A stretch of 61,562 bases of DNA from a virus. Taxonomy: Duplodnaviria > Caudoviricetes. Of this stretch, positions 7,815-17,538 are shown piece after piece; position 1 is the stretch's first letter, and each line of letters opens with the position of its first letter. A program made the translations under genes and the position numbers. Below the pieces are notes generated by a model that was not told the DNA's origin, did no database searches, and saw only the letters and a program-made list of their open reading frames with translations. The DNA is taken from positions 1 to 61,562 of IMG/VR virus record IMGVR_UViG_3300012936_005865; one strand, given 5' to 3'.

Positions 7815-8912
7815 ATGAATAATCTTAGACACATAATCAGAGATCTAATCTTAGAAATGGCTGTACGACAAGATATCCTGGATTCTGTAAGGGGCACAAG
7901 AAAGAAAACAATGTTGCTCGGCAAAAAACTTGATTTCAGTACTTGGTCGGATGGCAGAAGATATCAATCTAGTTACGGAAACCAGATAAAACCAAATGGC
8001 TTGTGGTATGGATATGGTTCTGAGTGGGTTGATTTTGCGATGGATCCTGCAAACAAAGGCTTGTCGGGAATGGTAACCGGTGCAGATTATTTTTATGAAT
8101 TAGATGTGCATTATACTACCTTAGAAAATCCCAATAAAGATAAGGTTTTATTGTTAAGAAATTACGAAGATGCCGGCAAACTTTCAGAACTAATCGACGG
8201 AGAACTTAACAGAGTCGGAGGAATGATGATGGCAAATTGGTACGCGATTTCAGCTCTCTTCGGCGGACTAGAGGTTGCTGATGGATTAGAATCTTATTTT
8301 GGTTGGGATATACCTTCCGGTTGTATCTGGTCAAAGAATGCAATTAAGAGCATAAATTTAATTCAGGATCCGGAAACCATGGAAGGTATTCCTCGAGGGG
8401 CTAAAGCCCTAGGTATTAATTTTACTTTTGACCCAGACGCAAAAACTTTTGCCGATATCGATAATGAAAAAATATTAGAACTTATCGAAGAATATGACGA
8501 TGATTTTCATTGGGAGGGCCATGCAGAATATGAATCCGAGGAAGCCTTGAAAGACGGAGCCGAGAATATATGGGATGCTTTGCAAGTCGCATATAACTTT
8601 GAGGAAGAAGACTGGTTCGAAGCCGCGGTAGATGGTCGACATAGAAACATATACCCCCGGCAAATGTTGTCTGCTGGAATCTGGTTAATTACACATTTTA
8701 GGGAGAGGGATGGGTCATATTGGGGAGTGTCTGGCATGCCCCCGCGGCTTCCCAGAGATGCTGATTACAGCGATGTTTTAGACAATATCAACGCATACTT
8801 GACCAGAGTGTCAAATGAACTTAATCTAGGGCTCGGTAACATAGATCTAGATGCCGACGGCACCTGGGATAATGCTGTTTCTGCAGAAATGGCAGCAGAA
8901 TATGGTTATTAA
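7815..8912 (+). CDS. hypothetical protein with LRHIIRDLILE tag; possible ADP-ribosyltransferase-like domain
   Basis: KPNGLWY...EW and GWDIPSGCIW blocks; acidic C-terminal half; fold assignment tentative. Confidence 0.6.
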   Translation: MNNLRHIIRDLILEMAVRQDILDSVRGTRKKTMLLGKKLDFSTWSDGRRYQSSYGNQIKPNGLWYGYGSEWVDFAMDPANKGLSGMVTGADYFYELDVHYTTLENPNKDKVLLLRNYEDAGKLSELIDGELNRVGGMMMANWYAISALFGGLEVADGLESYFGWDIPSGCIWSKNAIKSINLIQDPETMEGIPRGAKALGINFTFDPDAKTFADIDNEKILELIEEYDDDFHWEGHAEYESEEALKDGAENIWDALQVAYNFEEEDWFEAAVDGRHRNIYPRQMLSAGIWLITHFRERDGSYWGVSGMPPRLPRDADYSDVLDNINAYLTRVSNELNLGLGNIDLDADGTWDNAVSAEMAAEYGY

Positions 8913-8913
8913 T

Positions 8914-8942
8914 TTGTAAACCATGGTTTCTCTTATTATAAT
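8914..8942 (+). promoter_or_regulatory. sigma70-type promoter TTGTAA-N17-TATAAT
   Basis: Exact motif followed by AGGAGG and ATG 8959. Confidence 0.75.
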
Positions 8943-8958
8943 AATCTAGGAGGAACCT

Positions 8959-9261
8959 ATGTCAAATCTTGAGTGGTTTTGCACATTTATATTTAATAAT
9001 CCAGGTGCAAGATATAGCCAGATTATGCATTCATTCTATGAATGGAGAGGCATTGATTTAGAAAAAAATAGAACAAAAGGATGGTGTAGTAATTATTTTA
9101 ACACTGGTACTTTTAGTCCAGGATACAATGGAAGTTTGTGGAAAAGAATAAGGGACAAAAAAAGAACCGGTTATATTATTTGCACACGAGGATTGCAATA
9201 CGTAAAGCCAGAAATAAGGCCGTATAAACGCATGGCAAAATACAGAACACTGATGGAATAA
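8959..9261 (+). CDS. hypothetical protein, possibly winged-helix-like
   Basis: FIFNNPG...Y.I.TRG pattern; promoter and RBS upstream. Confidence 0.65.
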   Translation: MSNLEWFCTFIFNNPGARYSQIMHSFYEWRGIDLEKNRTKGWCSNYFNTGTFSPGYNGSLWKRIRDKKRTGYIICTRGLQYVKPEIRPYKRMAKYRTLME

Positions 9262-9263
9262 TT

Positions 9264-9497
9264 ATGGCATTATCACACGAAGTAAGAGAGATTATCAGAG
9301 AAGCTGCACGACAAGCCGGCGACGAGTTAAAAGGAAGACTCCCGCCACATCATATGCATCCAAAAGGTCGTAATTCATACGCACACGTGTACGAAAGAAT
9401 CCGTTCTAAGTTTGGGAAAAGTTACAAGGATTGCGATGACTCGGAAGCTTATAAAATACTTAGCTACATTGAATGGCTAGTGAATAATCCATGTTAA
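9264..9497 (+). CDS. hypothetical protein
   Basis: 77-aa ORF, HPKGRNSYAHV block. Confidence 0.65.
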   Translation: MALSHEVREIIREAARQAGDELKGRLPPHHMHPKGRNSYAHVYERIRSKFGKSYKDCDDSEAYKILSYIEWLVNNPC

Positions 9498-9512
9498 TAA
9501 AATATTGAAAAT

Positions 9513-10304
9513 TTACATAACGAAACGTAATATATTCTTTCTGACTAATCTGCGAAGCTGGGATTCTGATAATTTCATTGTTCCTTTTCTTTTATGCGAA
9601 GCATGCAATTTTCTCGACTCGTACCAATCTAGATGTCCCGGGACATGCGGGGCAGGCTTCTTCTTTGGCTTATAATACTTTTTATATATCACAAGTCCCG
9701 CTGCGGCTAATATCTCAACAGTAGGAACGGCAGCCAAAATACCAAAAGCAGGATTGATTGTGGAAAGAAAAGCCGGCAACAAAGCGTGTTCAAATATTTC
9801 TATTGCGACAAAAGTCGCTCCGGCCTTCCATCCATATTTTTTCTGAGCCAATTTCATCAAGGCATGAATATCATCAAATTGTTCTTTTCCAAAATAAAAT
9901 ACCTTTTCAAGGGCATCAATAACAGCTTCTTCAGTAATTCTTTCTTCGAAGTTCTGGATTGCGGATTTAATTTGCTGAGTTCTTGTTTCAACATCTACTA
10001 TATCCTGCATTCCTCTAGATATTTTATTGAAATTTGCTTTCCCATATTCATAGCCGGCTCTGTATAGATCAGAATCAGTCGGAGCTTCTTCGTATTTTTC
10101 TTCGAACGGATGTCTATAATCCAGCATGGACTCCATGTCATCTACAGCATCAATAGCCCCTTCATAAAATTCATCAACATCTTCGTCAACTTCTCTTTCT
10201 TTTATCATTGCAACTAATTCAGGCGCCGCTTGCTTTATAATGTCGTCTACAGCGTCGTCTATTTCTCTTTCTATCTTTTCATTCAACAATTTCATTAATA
10301 ACAT
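9513..10304 (-). CDS. hypothetical membrane-associated protein with C-terminal KLSESQLRRLVRK motif
   Basis: Acidic N-half, hydrophobic segment, tag-like C-terminus; start at MLLMKLL uncertain. Confidence 0.65.
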   Translation of the reverse strand: MLLMKLLNEKIEREIDDAVDDIIKQAAPELVAMIKEREVDEDVDEFYEGAIDAVDDMESMLDYRHPFEEKYEEAPTDSDLYRAGYEYGKANFNKISRGMQDIVDVETRTQQIKSAIQNFEERITEEAVIDALEKVFYFGKEQFDDIHALMKLAQKKYGWKAGATFVAIEIFEHALLPAFLSTINPAFGILAAVPTVEILAAAGLVIYKKYYKPKKKPAPHVPGHLDWYESRKLHASHKRKGTMKLSESQLRRLVRKNILRFVM

Positions 10305-10463
10305 CCTAAAATCTGTGTAAATTACTTGCACATTGGTTAAATATATATATGAAGGTTAAAATACCACTTGGAGGTAACGTGAGAAAAAAAATAGATTCAA
10401 TAGCTTTATTTATGTTGGCTGTCACAGCCATTGCCTTCGTTCTATCTTTCGGGTGAATAATCA

Positions 10464-11144
10464 ATGCAGTATATAAGAAATGTTGTCAGGCAAATAATTT
10501 GTGAAAACGTTATGAATATTAGAGGAGGTATACTTTTAGATGACCTCCCGGGTTACGGTGTAAAAAAACCTATAAATATTTCAAAAGCCTTGGTTGACCC
10601 CGCGAATATAGAACTGAGATTTCATGTTTGGAATATATTGGAGTTTTCGTATAATTCTTTGGGCGGAAATATATATGAACAACCAGAAGACCTAATTAAT
10701 CATGGGCTGAATGAATTTCTTGCTTTTGATGTCACTGGAGATGGATTACCAAATGTTATTTTTTCAGGCTGGAAATCAAAGAGAAGTTCTTACAATATGA
10801 TTAAGTCAACAATGTCAGGTACCGATGGGCTTGCTGAGTCTATCGCATTTTACAAAAAAGAACTAGTAAAACGTGTTGCTAATGGTGAAGCGTTTCATGA
10901 AGTTTCAGGGGGCCCAGCGGCAATATTAATGAGGGCCGGATTGCGCCCACTAGACCAAGATCAGATATTGAAATATTTTCCGAGACCGAAAAGAACGTGG
11001 TTTGGAAAACACCCAGACCCTAATTCTAGAGATGCAAAAAATGCAGCAAAATATGGGCCAAACGGTGAATATGATATGTGGGTAGGAAGAATGCTTTTTG
11101 GTAACAAACCGATAGTAAAATTATTTTTTGGAAAAATGCCATAA
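10464..11144 (+). CDS. hypothetical protein with IRNVVRQIICE tag
   Basis: 226-aa ORF with shared N-terminal motif. Confidence 0.7.
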   Translation: MQYIRNVVRQIICENVMNIRGGILLDDLPGYGVKKPINISKALVDPANIELRFHVWNILEFSYNSLGGNIYEQPEDLINHGLNEFLAFDVTGDGLPNVIFSGWKSKRSSYNMIKSTMSGTDGLAESIAFYKKELVKRVANGEAFHEVSGGPAAILMRAGLRPLDQDQILKYFPRPKRTWFGKHPDPNSRDAKNAAKYGPNGEYDMWVGRMLFGNKPIVKLFFGKMP

Positions 11145-11148
11145 TTTT

Positions 11149-11177
11149 TTGTAAATCTAAAAGCAATTCAATATAAT
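11149..11177 (+). promoter_or_regulatory. sigma70-type promoter TTGTAA-N17-TATAAT
   Basis: Exact motif in intergenic space. Confidence 0.75.
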
Positions 11178-11226
11178 ATAAATGTTCCAACGAGAACAAA
11201 CCAATAAAGCTTATCATGGAGAAAAA

Positions 11227-11526
11227 ATGGCTGTACAGGTATCAGAAAACGTCAATCAAGCAATCTACAATGGAAAACTACGAATGGATCAAATGCAACG
11301 TCTAAGCGAGGCTTACAAGATTGCAAACCGAAAATTTGGAAAGCGCAAGGCACAATACCGAATTCAATTTGACGGCGACAATCAATACACAGATCAAAAC
11401 GGCAAAATGATGCGTACTGCGCTTTTTATCAAGCGAGTAGACAACGAGAAAGTGTTCGAATCCTCTCAAGGAAATGACACATCGCAGGTTGGGCTTTTTC
11501 GATTTATTCGTGATTATCGAGAATAA
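11227..11526 (+). CDS. hypothetical protein
   Basis: GGAG RBS before MAVQVSE; flanked by promoter and terminator. Confidence 0.7.
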   Translation: MAVQVSENVNQAIYNGKLRMDQMQRLSEAYKIANRKFGKRKAQYRIQFDGDNQYTDQNGKMMRTALFIKRVDNEKVFESSQGNDTSQVGLFRFIRDYRE

Positions 11527-11550
11527 GAAAATTACTTCTTGTTGAAAATT

Positions 11551-11577
11551 CGGGCAGCATAACGTTGCCCGTCTTTA
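11551..11577 (+). terminator. intrinsic terminator
   Basis: CGGGCAGC-ataac-GTTGCCCG hairpin followed by TCTTT. Confidence 0.6.
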
Positions 11578-11598
11578 TATTTAAAATAGAGGTGATGT

Positions 11599-11925
11599 AT
11601 GAAAATAAAAGATTTGATAGTCGGGGAATTGTACGCAATTAAGGACGATACTATGCTTGATATGTGGATAAATGAGGCTAGAAGAAAAATAGGTCAATCG
11701 AATATACCAATTTTAAGAGGATGGAAAGCTTTTAAAGGATACCCAAACGAAAATAATCCGCCGGTTGTTTACCTCGGTTATCGATATGATGATTGGACTT
11801 ACTTTTATCGACATACAAAAAAGCATCATTACGTTTTTTGGAAAGGCCAGGAATATCTTATGGATAATTGGTTTGCAGATAGACTAGAGACCATCGATGA
11901 AAATCGGAAACGTAATCATAGTTAA
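11599..11925 (+). CDS. SH3/KOW-like hypothetical protein
   Basis: IVGELY...YVFW...LETIDENR; GAGGTG RBS. Confidence 0.6.
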   Translation: MKIKDLIVGELYAIKDDTMLDMWINEARRKIGQSNIPILRGWKAFKGYPNENNPPVVYLGYRYDDWTYFYRHTKKHHYVFWKGQEYLMDNWFADRLETIDENRKRNHS

Positions 11926-12067
11926 TGGTATATGGAAATTTAGAAGTTACGATGGAAATTTTTCAAATATAGGGATAATTATATCCGTACAAGGTGACTG
12001 GGCCTTGATTGATTTTGGCGGAGAATCCGCAACGCTAGTAAAAGGGTCATTTTCTATATTGGAGTAA
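11897..12067 (+). CDS. small SH3/KOW-like protein (56 aa; not in ORF track)
   Basis: Manual translation MKIGNVIIVNG...IGIIISVQGDWALIDFG... Confidence 0.55.
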   Translation: MKIGNVIIVNGIWKFRSYDGNFSNIGIIISVQGDWALIDFGGESATLVKGSFSILE

Positions 12068-12069
12068 TT

Positions 12070-13035
12070 ATGTCAGTGTTACGCAGTCATATAAGGAATA
12101 CAATATTATCATTACTAGAAGAAGAGTTTAGAAAACCTGGAGGCCTTCAAATCAATCCAAAGATTAAATCTTTTTGTGATACCCTTCCGGAAGGTTCTAA
12201 TATACTAGTAAAGACCATGGGTCAACAAATCACTATACAGGTGGTCCTAGGTGACGACGAAGAAGCTTCTCTCGGTGAAATAAATTTTAAGAAAATGCCG
12301 GCAAGAACAAATGGCCAGTGCCTAAATGCGATGCAGGTCAAGTGGTCAGACAGTTCGAAAACAGCACCAAGGGCTGCGTTGGTTTGTTACGAACTCGCGA
12401 TAGAGCTGTTGGGCAACGAAGCCTTTGGTTCTGGTCTAGTTGCCGATAGGGAAGAAGTTTCTCACCCTGTATGGAAATTATCTCCAGTAGTATTAAAACC
12501 ACAAGGAAATAAAGGAAAAGGATTTGCATACGGCATATGGAAAAAATATGCTGAACGAACTGATGTTACGAAAACCCTTTTAGATCCACTCGAGTTGCAT
12601 TTTACTCCACAGCCAGAAGATGACTGTAATGCCGGATCGGCACTTGCCTTATGGTCTTTGGACAACAATAAAGATTATCGAGATTTTATAGCAACAAATC
12701 CTACCAGGCGTGAGATAGCAGATTGGGCAATTGATTATCATGATTCAGAAAGTAGAGAAGCCAAAGGGTTAGAACTCCCAGATGATCCTTTTTTCAAAAT
12801 AGCTTATTCCGGAAAGAGAAAGAAAAGAAAATTAGGATTTAATCCTTTGATACAAGACGATTCGGAGTTACGAAAAAGAATAATGGACGATTGGAAAGAA
12901 CACAAAATTCCCCTGATGCTGATGTTGTCAAAAGAATCTATGCCGACCTGGGAATACCTTGTGTCAAATGGGTCAGCTGTAATCATTCAGACCACTAACC
13001 GCAAAATTAAAAAAGCACTAAAGAAATTTTTGTAA
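12070..13035 (+). CDS. tagged protein with GNAT-like domain; paralog of C-terminal part of 39100..40248
   Basis: LRSHIRNTILSLLEE tag; YELAIEL...GLVADREEVS...AYGIWKKY..R.DV.K..LD. Confidence 0.6.
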   Translation: MSVLRSHIRNTILSLLEEEFRKPGGLQINPKIKSFCDTLPEGSNILVKTMGQQITIQVVLGDDEEASLGEINFKKMPARTNGQCLNAMQVKWSDSSKTAPRAALVCYELAIELLGNEAFGSGLVADREEVSHPVWKLSPVVLKPQGNKGKGFAYGIWKKYAERTDVTKTLLDPLELHFTPQPEDDCNAGSALALWSLDNNKDYRDFIATNPTRREIADWAIDYHDSESREAKGLELPDDPFFKIAYSGKRKKRKLGFNPLIQDDSELRKRIMDDWKEHKIPLMLMLSKESMPTWEYLVSNGSAVIIQTTNRKIKKALKKFL

Positions 13036-13058
13036 ATAAATAAATTCTATTTTATAAT
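13030..13058 (+). promoter_or_regulatory. sigma70-type promoter TTGTAA-N17-TATAAT
   Basis: Exact motif upstream of 13105. Confidence 0.75.
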
Positions 13059-13104
13059 ATTAGTGTCTAAAAAATTTTAGGAAAACTATGCGAGGTAATA
13101 GGTT

Positions 13105-13338
13105 ATGGCAATTAAATCAAAATCAGAGCGCACAGAACATCGAATAGAGGTAGATCTCTCCGGTCCAGCCGGGAACGCATTTGTTCTATTGAAATTAGCC
13201 GACGATCTTGGAAAGAGATTAGGCTATGATAGTGATCATAGAGAAAGAATACTGGATGATATGCGGTTGTCGACTTACGAAATGTTACTCCAAGTATTCG
13301 ATCGTGAATTTGGAGACTATGTTATTCTTTGGAGGTAA
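13105..13338 (+). CDS. conserved phage-type hypothetical protein
   Basis: IEVDLSGPAGNAFVLL...Y..L..VFD..FGDYV pattern seen in many phage hypotheticals. Confidence 0.7.
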   Translation: MAIKSKSERTEHRIEVDLSGPAGNAFVLLKLADDLGKRLGYDSDHRERILDDMRLSTYEMLLQVFDREFGDYVILWR

Positions 13339-13340
13339 AA

Positions 13341-13532
13341 TTGTTTAATTACAAAATAGGAGACACTGTTCAGTTATTGCGCACTAGCATGAATGATCCT
13401 TCTTGCGGAATGGTTGGAATAATAATCGACATACTCCATCATGAACCTGCTCGTTCGTATGCAACTGTTCTTTGGAGTAATAATAAATTAGAACACTTAC
13501 ACCAGTGGGAATTATGCCTAATTACAGCGTGA
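13341..13532 (+). CDS. small SH3/KOW-like protein
   Basis: YKIGDTV...VGIII...ATVLW; TTG start after GGAGG. Confidence 0.6.
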   Translation: MFNYKIGDTVQLLRTSMNDPSCGMVGIIIDILHHEPARSYATVLWSNNKLEHLHQWELCLITA

Positions 13533-13771
13533 CGAGTCAAAAATTTAGACCCGTTCAAAGAAAAAACGATATAGACGTCGGAGATTTAGTTTGGCTTGAA
13601 GTTGCAGATGTTAGTGATCCTTTTGGGACACATGCGGAACTAGAAGGTCCTTATTTAGTTGTAAAAGTAAACAGAGGAGGTCTTTTGGAGGCAGACACTA
13701 TTGTTTATATTGGATCAAAAAATGGAGATAATAAATCTTGTTATTGTGATTGGGCATACAAGCTTGTATGA
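13514..13771 (+). CDS. small SH3/KOW-like protein
   Basis: DVGDLVW...GPYLVV; paralog-like to next ORF. Confidence 0.55.
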   Translation: MPNYSVTSQKFRPVQRKNDIDVGDLVWLEVADVSDPFGTHAELEGPYLVVKVNRGGLLEADTIVYIGSKNGDNKSCYCDWAYKLV

Positions 13772-14016
13772 TAAAAACATGGGAAGAACCTGAGATAGGT
13801 GCCCTCATATACGTAGCATATTCGTGTCGGCCGGAAGATGCCGTTGGTCCTTTCCTTGTAATCGGTATTATAAGAGGAAATGCGCAGATTCCGAAAGATG
13901 ATTATTTATATCAAATTTTGACTCAGGTTATATATTTATGTCATGACGGAAAAATCAATGTATGTAGTTTGTCAAAAGTTTTTATTGGAGACAAAAATAA
14001 TGAAAAACAAACTTAG
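13768..14016 (+). CDS. small SH3/KOW-like protein
   Basis: EIGALIY...GPFLVI; ATGA overlap. Confidence 0.55.
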   Translation: MIKTWEEPEIGALIYVAYSCRPEDAVGPFLVIGIIRGNAQIPKDDYLYQILTQVIYLCHDGKINVCSLSKVFIGDKNNEKQT

Positions 14017-15259
14017 AAAGATAATTAGAAGAATTCTAAATGAAGATTCGGATCTTGCGGTTGATAGAAGTTTAGACAGAGAAATAAAAATGGCGCCTGG
14101 AAGGCTCCGCGGGCCCGAAGGGGAGTTTGGGTGGGCTCAACCAGGAACAAAATTTGGCGGCTCAGACCCAGGAACATTTGGTGTTGTTCGACCTGGTGAC
14201 GAAATGCACGTCTTCGACTTCGATGATACCCTGGGAGAAGGCTTCGGTCCAACTTTGGTAGCTGCAAGTATGAAAATAAATGGCCAGATATTTCCGATAA
14301 CTAATTTCGCAGATGTACTCAAGTCTTTTGGAATACAAGCTCTTACACCCGAGGAGGCAGAAGACCTAGAAGGATTCCGAGATCCAAAACAATCTAATGC
14401 TGTTAAGGTAGTAAAAGGAGAGTATCTTGGTGGCAATGTTCCTGACGAAATAAGGGGTGCACAAGTTGTCACATTGGATACAGCTGCATTTGCCGATTTT
14501 CGATCAAAATTCTCAAAGATAAAATCAGATCAAAATTTAATTGTACCTGCAGAATTCGGTAGAAGAAATATAAAGGCGAACGTAGTAATCGGCGCAAAAG
14601 GGTTTGCCACATATGACATGCTGAAGGGCTCGATTGAGAAGATGAAAAATAAAGCAGATGGATCAATGTTAATAGCGTATGATTTTAGCCCTTCTTTGAC
14701 TCTCGGTGACAATATCGAGAGATATGCAGCAACAAACGACTTGGCTTTGGCTAGTCAAGCCGAAAATGAACCTATAGGTGTTATCACTGCGAGAAAAGGA
14801 GTGTCAGAATTTGATTCTTTTTCTGGTAACAGACCTGTAGCCTTAAATGCAAAAGACATGAGAGATTTTCTTACAAAGGGAGGACTAAAGTGGTCCCCCG
14901 AAAGCATGGATGGTGGTCTTAAGTTTGTTCATGGTGCTGCAGATTACTCAAATGATGGTGGCAAACAAAAAGCCAAATTAGCAAAAGGTGAATGGCTGCG
15001 CCGCGATCAAAAGCATCTTAGATTTTATGACGATGATAAAAGGAACGCTAAAGAAATGAGCGCGTTGTGTGATGATCCGGATATATTGAATCAAAAGAAA
15101 GGCGGAAGCATAAACATATACAGTCAACCTCATGGAGGATTCAAGACACAGATTGGAAATCCTATATTCTCATGCATGATTGAAGGAAAAAAAGAGTATC
15201 TCACCGAGGCGGAGTTCCGAAAAATGATCAGAGAAGTGCTCATAAAGGGGATTAGCTAA
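14000..15259 (+). CDS. HAD-superfamily phosphatase-like protein with N- and C-terminal tags
   Basis: VFDFDDTL (motif I), ITAR (motif II), K, FYDDD (motif IV); tags KLRKIIRRILNE and LTEAEFRKMIRE. Confidence 0.7.
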   Translation: MKNKLRKIIRRILNEDSDLAVDRSLDREIKMAPGRLRGPEGEFGWAQPGTKFGGSDPGTFGVVRPGDEMHVFDFDDTLGEGFGPTLVAASMKINGQIFPITNFADVLKSFGIQALTPEEAEDLEGFRDPKQSNAVKVVKGEYLGGNVPDEIRGAQVVTLDTAAFADFRSKFSKIKSDQNLIVPAEFGRRNIKANVVIGAKGFATYDMLKGSIEKMKNKADGSMLIAYDFSPSLTLGDNIERYAATNDLALASQAENEPIGVITARKGVSEFDSFSGNRPVALNAKDMRDFLTKGGLKWSPESMDGGLKFVHGAADYSNDGGKQKAKLAKGEWLRRDQKHLRFYDDDKRNAKEMSALCDDPDILNQKKGGSINIYSQPHGGFKTQIGNPIFSCMIEGKKEYLTEAEFRKMIREVLIKGIS

Positions 15260-16128
15260 TGATTTTTTCAATATATAAAGAAAAATTATCGCAGCTGTTA
15301 TTTGAAGAAATGGCTGGATTCCATGGTTTCAAGATGACCCCTAAGGCCATGAAAGGAATAGATTTATGTTCTGTGGATCCATTCGACCCGAATACGGCAC
15401 CAGATTCTAGAGGATGTCCTCAATTTACCGACGAAGCCGAAGTGTCTGATGGAGACATTGATGAAGCCGTGCGGTACTTGAATAAAGTAAAACCGACAGA
15501 GTTAATAGCTTATTCTCGTGGCACAAGCGTGTTAATTCACGCCCTAGGAAACCCGGAACTTAAACACGTTCCTGGAAGCCTTTTCTTCATAGCACCGGCT
15601 TGGAAACGTTGGGGAAGTAACTATGATTCTGGGCTGGCTGGGCAAAATATGAAAAAAGCAACGTGCCGAGTTGTTATAGGCTGTTGTGACCACAAAGTGC
15701 CTGTAAAACACGCAAAAGAATTAGCTGACTTTGCCGGTGTACAACTAGAAATACTGTTGGGATATGATCATGTTTTAGGAAAAGATTTATTCAAAGGAAA
15801 ATCAAAATATTTTAGTTCTTCAAATCCTACCGACGTCGATGATCAGGCAAAACAAAAATTACTAGATGTTATTAAATCTTACAATATCGGTTCGTCTAAG
15901 AAAAATTCCCCTGCACGAGTAAAATCAGGAGGTCTCGGATTTATATGGGACGGGCTGAAGGGAGAAACCGTTCCTTTTCCCGGTGGGGATCTTCCCGAAT
16001 GGGGAAATAAGTCTTTTGCTACACCGGAACAATTGATCCAACAAATAGAGACATGCCATGGCAAAAAAACACCACAAAAAGAATCAAGGCTATACAAAAG
16101 TCCTCTTGCTAGAGCAATCTTTTCTTGA
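15259..16128 (+). CDS. alpha/beta-hydrolase-fold protein
   Basis: AYSRG nucleophile elbow, IAPAW, G..D..VP, DH. Confidence 0.65.
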   Translation: MIFSIYKEKLSQLLFEEMAGFHGFKMTPKAMKGIDLCSVDPFDPNTAPDSRGCPQFTDEAEVSDGDIDEAVRYLNKVKPTELIAYSRGTSVLIHALGNPELKHVPGSLFFIAPAWKRWGSNYDSGLAGQNMKKATCRVVIGCCDHKVPVKHAKELADFAGVQLEILLGYDHVLGKDLFKGKSKYFSSSNPTDVDDQAKQKLLDVIKSYNIGSSKKNSPARVKSGGLGFIWDGLKGETVPFPGGDLPEWGNKSFATPEQLIQQIETCHGKKTPQKESRLYKSPLARAIFS

Positions 16129-17344
16129 AAGTATATTTGGCGGATTTTTTGACTTTCTGAGGAATATTTCTACGAATTCAAAGAAATTTACCAATGATAA
16201 TTACAGAAGCTTTAGAAAAAATACAGCTTCTAAAGTTTCTAATGTCAAGCAATATTTTGAATGGCTAAATGAAAATCTTCCATTGGAAGAGGAAGAATTA
16301 TATTACATTCCCGATGATGGCATTGAGCCTTCTGATTTTTCAGATGAAGACTTTATATCGCCTTTTGTTTATGGAATTAGTTCAATCAAAAATTTTAGCA
16401 GCATACTTTCCGAAAGGGAAGGAAACTGGAATTCAGAATTTGTCGGCGATGACTCCGCTGTATTTGATGCTATTTTGTGTAGTTCAATAATGGATTCCAG
16501 AAATGAAAAACAGGTGTACAAAAGGCTAGCCGATAACAAAATAGATATAAATGATGTTTCCAATGTGATAATAAATAAAAAAGAATTGGAAAAAGGAATT
16601 AAGTCCGCGCAACAATTTCAGTCAATTTTAGCAGACTTCTTTGCGTGTGTGGCTTTATTTGCCAAAACTATAGAGTATATTGAAGAAGCAAAACAAACCG
16701 CTAGAAGCATCGATGAATTGTTTATGAAAGATGAAAATTTAAATTTTTTATCAAAAGATGGGTTCAGGCGCTTCAGAAAAAAAATGGATTCTTGTTTTAA
16801 ATTTGCAAGCGGTCTATCTGTTTCTTTTGGCGATATAACCAATAGAATTAGAGATAAAATGCCTCCAGAATATGGGGATTTTGAAATGTCCGAAGAGGAT
16901 TGGAAAAAGCAATCAGAGAATATTCCGGAAGAATTTTGGGAAATGGACATTCGTATAAAAGATAATCTAATCTCCATAGAGGATGACGTAGATAAAATAA
17001 GAACTAATTTATTAAAATATATTGATACATTTTCAGATTCTTTTATCTACAATGATGTGAATTATGAAATAGAAGATTATTGCAATTTGGAAGCCGATAT
17101 TTGCGATCTGTTTCTTCGGCAAAAAGAATACGAGGATGACCTAAGAGAAAAAAGAGCTGCTGGAGAAGAAGCGCAATATCTTATCGATATTGTCAACGAA
17201 ATTAGAAAAGATAAACTGCAAAAAGAAAAAGAGATAGAAACATTCAAAGGAAAATATTCATCGATGATAAAAGAAGCAAAGCTTATCAGAAATTGTATTA
17301 AAAATATTTTACAAGAAAATTTTACACTTAGAGGTATTTTTTGA
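16058..17344 (+). CDS. acidic coiled-coil hypothetical protein with C-terminal LIRNCIKNILQE motif
   Basis: 428-aa ORF. Confidence 0.65.
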   Translation: MAKKHHKKNQGYTKVLLLEQSFLESIFGGFFDFLRNISTNSKKFTNDNYRSFRKNTASKVSNVKQYFEWLNENLPLEEEELYYIPDDGIEPSDFSDEDFISPFVYGISSIKNFSSILSEREGNWNSEFVGDDSAVFDAILCSSIMDSRNEKQVYKRLADNKIDINDVSNVIINKKELEKGIKSAQQFQSILADFFACVALFAKTIEYIEEAKQTARSIDELFMKDENLNFLSKDGFRRFRKKMDSCFKFASGLSVSFGDITNRIRDKMPPEYGDFEMSEEDWKKQSENIPEEFWEMDIRIKDNLISIEDDVDKIRTNLLKYIDTFSDSFIYNDVNYEIEDYCNLEADICDLFLRQKEYEDDLREKRAAGEEAQYLIDIVNEIRKDKLQKEKEIETFKGKYSSMIKEAKLIRNCIKNILQENFTLRGIF

Positions 17345-17538
17345 TTGGGTATTTATTATATAATAATCTGGACAGTAAGTCCAGCGGGATTATCACATCA
17401 GAAACTATAGAAAGCGGATACGTTTATTTGTCTGTTTTTTGTGTGCAAGATTATTCGTTAAGTTTTTTAGTTAGAAAAGACATAATTTTTAATTCTAATA
17501 TATGGAGCCTGATAAAGGTAAGGGATCGCAAAAAGTGA
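17341..17538 (+). CDS. small hypothetical protein
   Basis: TTG start after GAGG; MIG.L...GII pattern. Confidence 0.45.
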   Translation: MIGYLLYNNLDSKSSGIITSETIESGYVYLSVFCVQDYSLSFLVRKDIIFNSNIWSLIKVRDRKK

